DNA of 61,913 nt, counting the filler, from Sphacelaria rigidula (Eukaryota), in the NCBI GenBank assembly GCA_964200075.2. It is 11 parts of 11 records of this genome, joined end to end, with 100 filler letters (N's around TTAATTAATTAA, not from the genome) between each part and the next. Parts side by side here need not be neighbours in the genome. Positions count along the whole stretch, not along the records: positions 56,377 to 61,913 come from CAXNAA020026525.1; 10 more parts are not named here. One strand, given 5' to 3'. Below are positions 60,601 through 61,913 of the stretch, one piece after another (positions within the stretch are counted from its first letter, which is position 1; every line of letters begins with the position of its first letter). Both the position numbers and the translations under genes were made by a program. A model generated the notes under the pieces. It worked only from the letters and a program-made list of their open reading frames with translations. It was not told where the DNA came from and made no database searches.

Positions 60601-61851
60601 ACAAACCCACGCGGGCATATCAGTCAGACCGTCCCAGCGGTAGATGTGCTCGATTACTCGGTCAAGAACATCTTCGCATTTACATACCAATGCTGCTTTC
60701 GAGTGTCGTGACATTCCACCATGGGTCCTGCATGAGTGTCATTCCAATATTTCGACCGATCTGGTGACAATTCGAACGACCCAGTTCATCGAGCGGTTCT
60801 ACTGGTGGGTAGGTACCGACCAAAGTGTCCACTGGTGGGTACGTCGTTGTTTGATTTGCCAGGCACGCAAGACGTCTCGCCACACTGTGCGTTGACCAGT
60901 TATGTCCATGCCGCTCCCCAATGGGCCCGGTAAAGTTATATCTTGGGACTCTTTCAGACCGTTGCCTCTCACGGATAGAAGCAACAAATACATTTTATTG
61001 ATTACTCGTCGATTTAGTCGTCACGCCGTCATGCATGCTGTATCAGAAACTAACTATTCCGCAGAGGGCACTGCCAATTTCCAGGTGTACAACTATGCCA
61101 CAATGGGGTGTTCCCAGGAAATTGTTGTTCGACAGCGGCCAACACTTTTCTGGCAAACTTTCTGCTGCGGTCAGTACACTATTGGGTTCCCATTGCATCT
61201 TTATGAGCCCGTACCAACCCCTAACGAACGGTGGAACGGAACGCGTCAATCATACGATGGTACAAATGCTGTCCGCCGTCACAAACGAACGGCAAACAGA
61301 TTTGAGATCTGCATCCGCCCTTTGTCCAAATGAACTGCAACAATTCGGCCCACACCGCCGCCGGCCTTGCACCAAATGAAATTCACATTGGTCGCATGCC
61401 GCGGCTGCTGTTGACCGCATTCGAGCGCCGCAACGGGAGCGGTCATCAGAATTTGGACCAGGATATCAGGGAGTATCATGAACTTTTGAGTCATCGTCTA
61501 CGGCTGGCATATGATTTGTTGCGCGAGCCAAACCAAATCAATTTGGCAAATGCGATCAGTGTCAATGCCACGTTGGATGCGGTTATGCATAAGCGCCAAG
61601 TGTGGAAGGTAGGTGCATGGGCGTGGGTGTACAACGATGTACAGACAGATCGCCGAGGAGTCAGCGCGAGTAAGGATTCGCCGGATAAGGTGTTGAAGGC
61701 CAAGCTGTCCCTCAATTGGACCGGGCCGTGGAAAAAGTTTGGCGTTGGGTCCAGTGCTACCGCACCGGATGATCGACCCATCGGGGAAAACCTTTTGTAC
61801 TTCGATTTCCCCACGAATGAGGCTGGGCCTCCGCAGACGAACCGCGTGTAA
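57682..61851 (+). mobile_element. gag-pol: Heavily decayed Ty3/gypsy element related to 53368-56276 (gag knuckle remnant, RT start, integrase)
   Basis: CLRCG; PIATRPYR at ~59240; RFYWWVG..WVRRCLICQARKTSRHTVR; FDSGQHF, NGGTERVNHT, GLAPNEIHIGRMPRL, LNWTGPW. Confidence 0.88.
59384..60102. mobile_element. 719-bp solo LTR
   Basis: TGTTG...CAACA inverted termini flanked by a perfect 5-bp TSD AAACC (59379-59383, 60103-60107). Confidence 0.85.
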
Positions 61852-61913
61852 CAGTGTTTTCGTGAGATTGAGAGTAGATTATACGATTGAGAGTGAAAAG
61901 CGGTCAATCAGTG

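Overview
Eukaryotic nuclear DNA, not prokaryotic: it has GT-AG spliced exons, kb-sized introns, SINEs and LTR retrotransposons. The style resembles a brown-algal/stramenopile genome (inference only). The window is an artificial concatenation of 11 size-sorted contigs (six of 5538 bp, five of 5537 bp) joined by 100-bp N44-TTAATTAATTAA-N44 spacers, so adjacency across spacers means nothing. Most of it is decayed transposable elements: one Ty1/copia internal region, at least five Ty3/gypsy fragments, a solo LTR with a 5-bp TSD, a 1.3-kb non-autonomous CMC/EnSpm-like element inserted in a gag gene, two tRNA-derived SINE families and several MITE-like families. Host-gene pieces are two exons of a secreted GDSL lipase/esterase, one bromodomain exon, a long ORF/exon with 28-aa tandem repeats and one or two unassigned exons. 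The most notable observation is an LTR-retrotransposon 3' end, seen on two contigs, encoding a Tudor-like motif (preceded by a chromodomain-like motif in the longer copy), then an ~88-bp tandem array, a polypurine tract and an LTR. A separate gypsy integrase also has a chromodomain plus an extra C-terminal domain. No CRISPR array, rRNA or intact tRNA gene was supportable.
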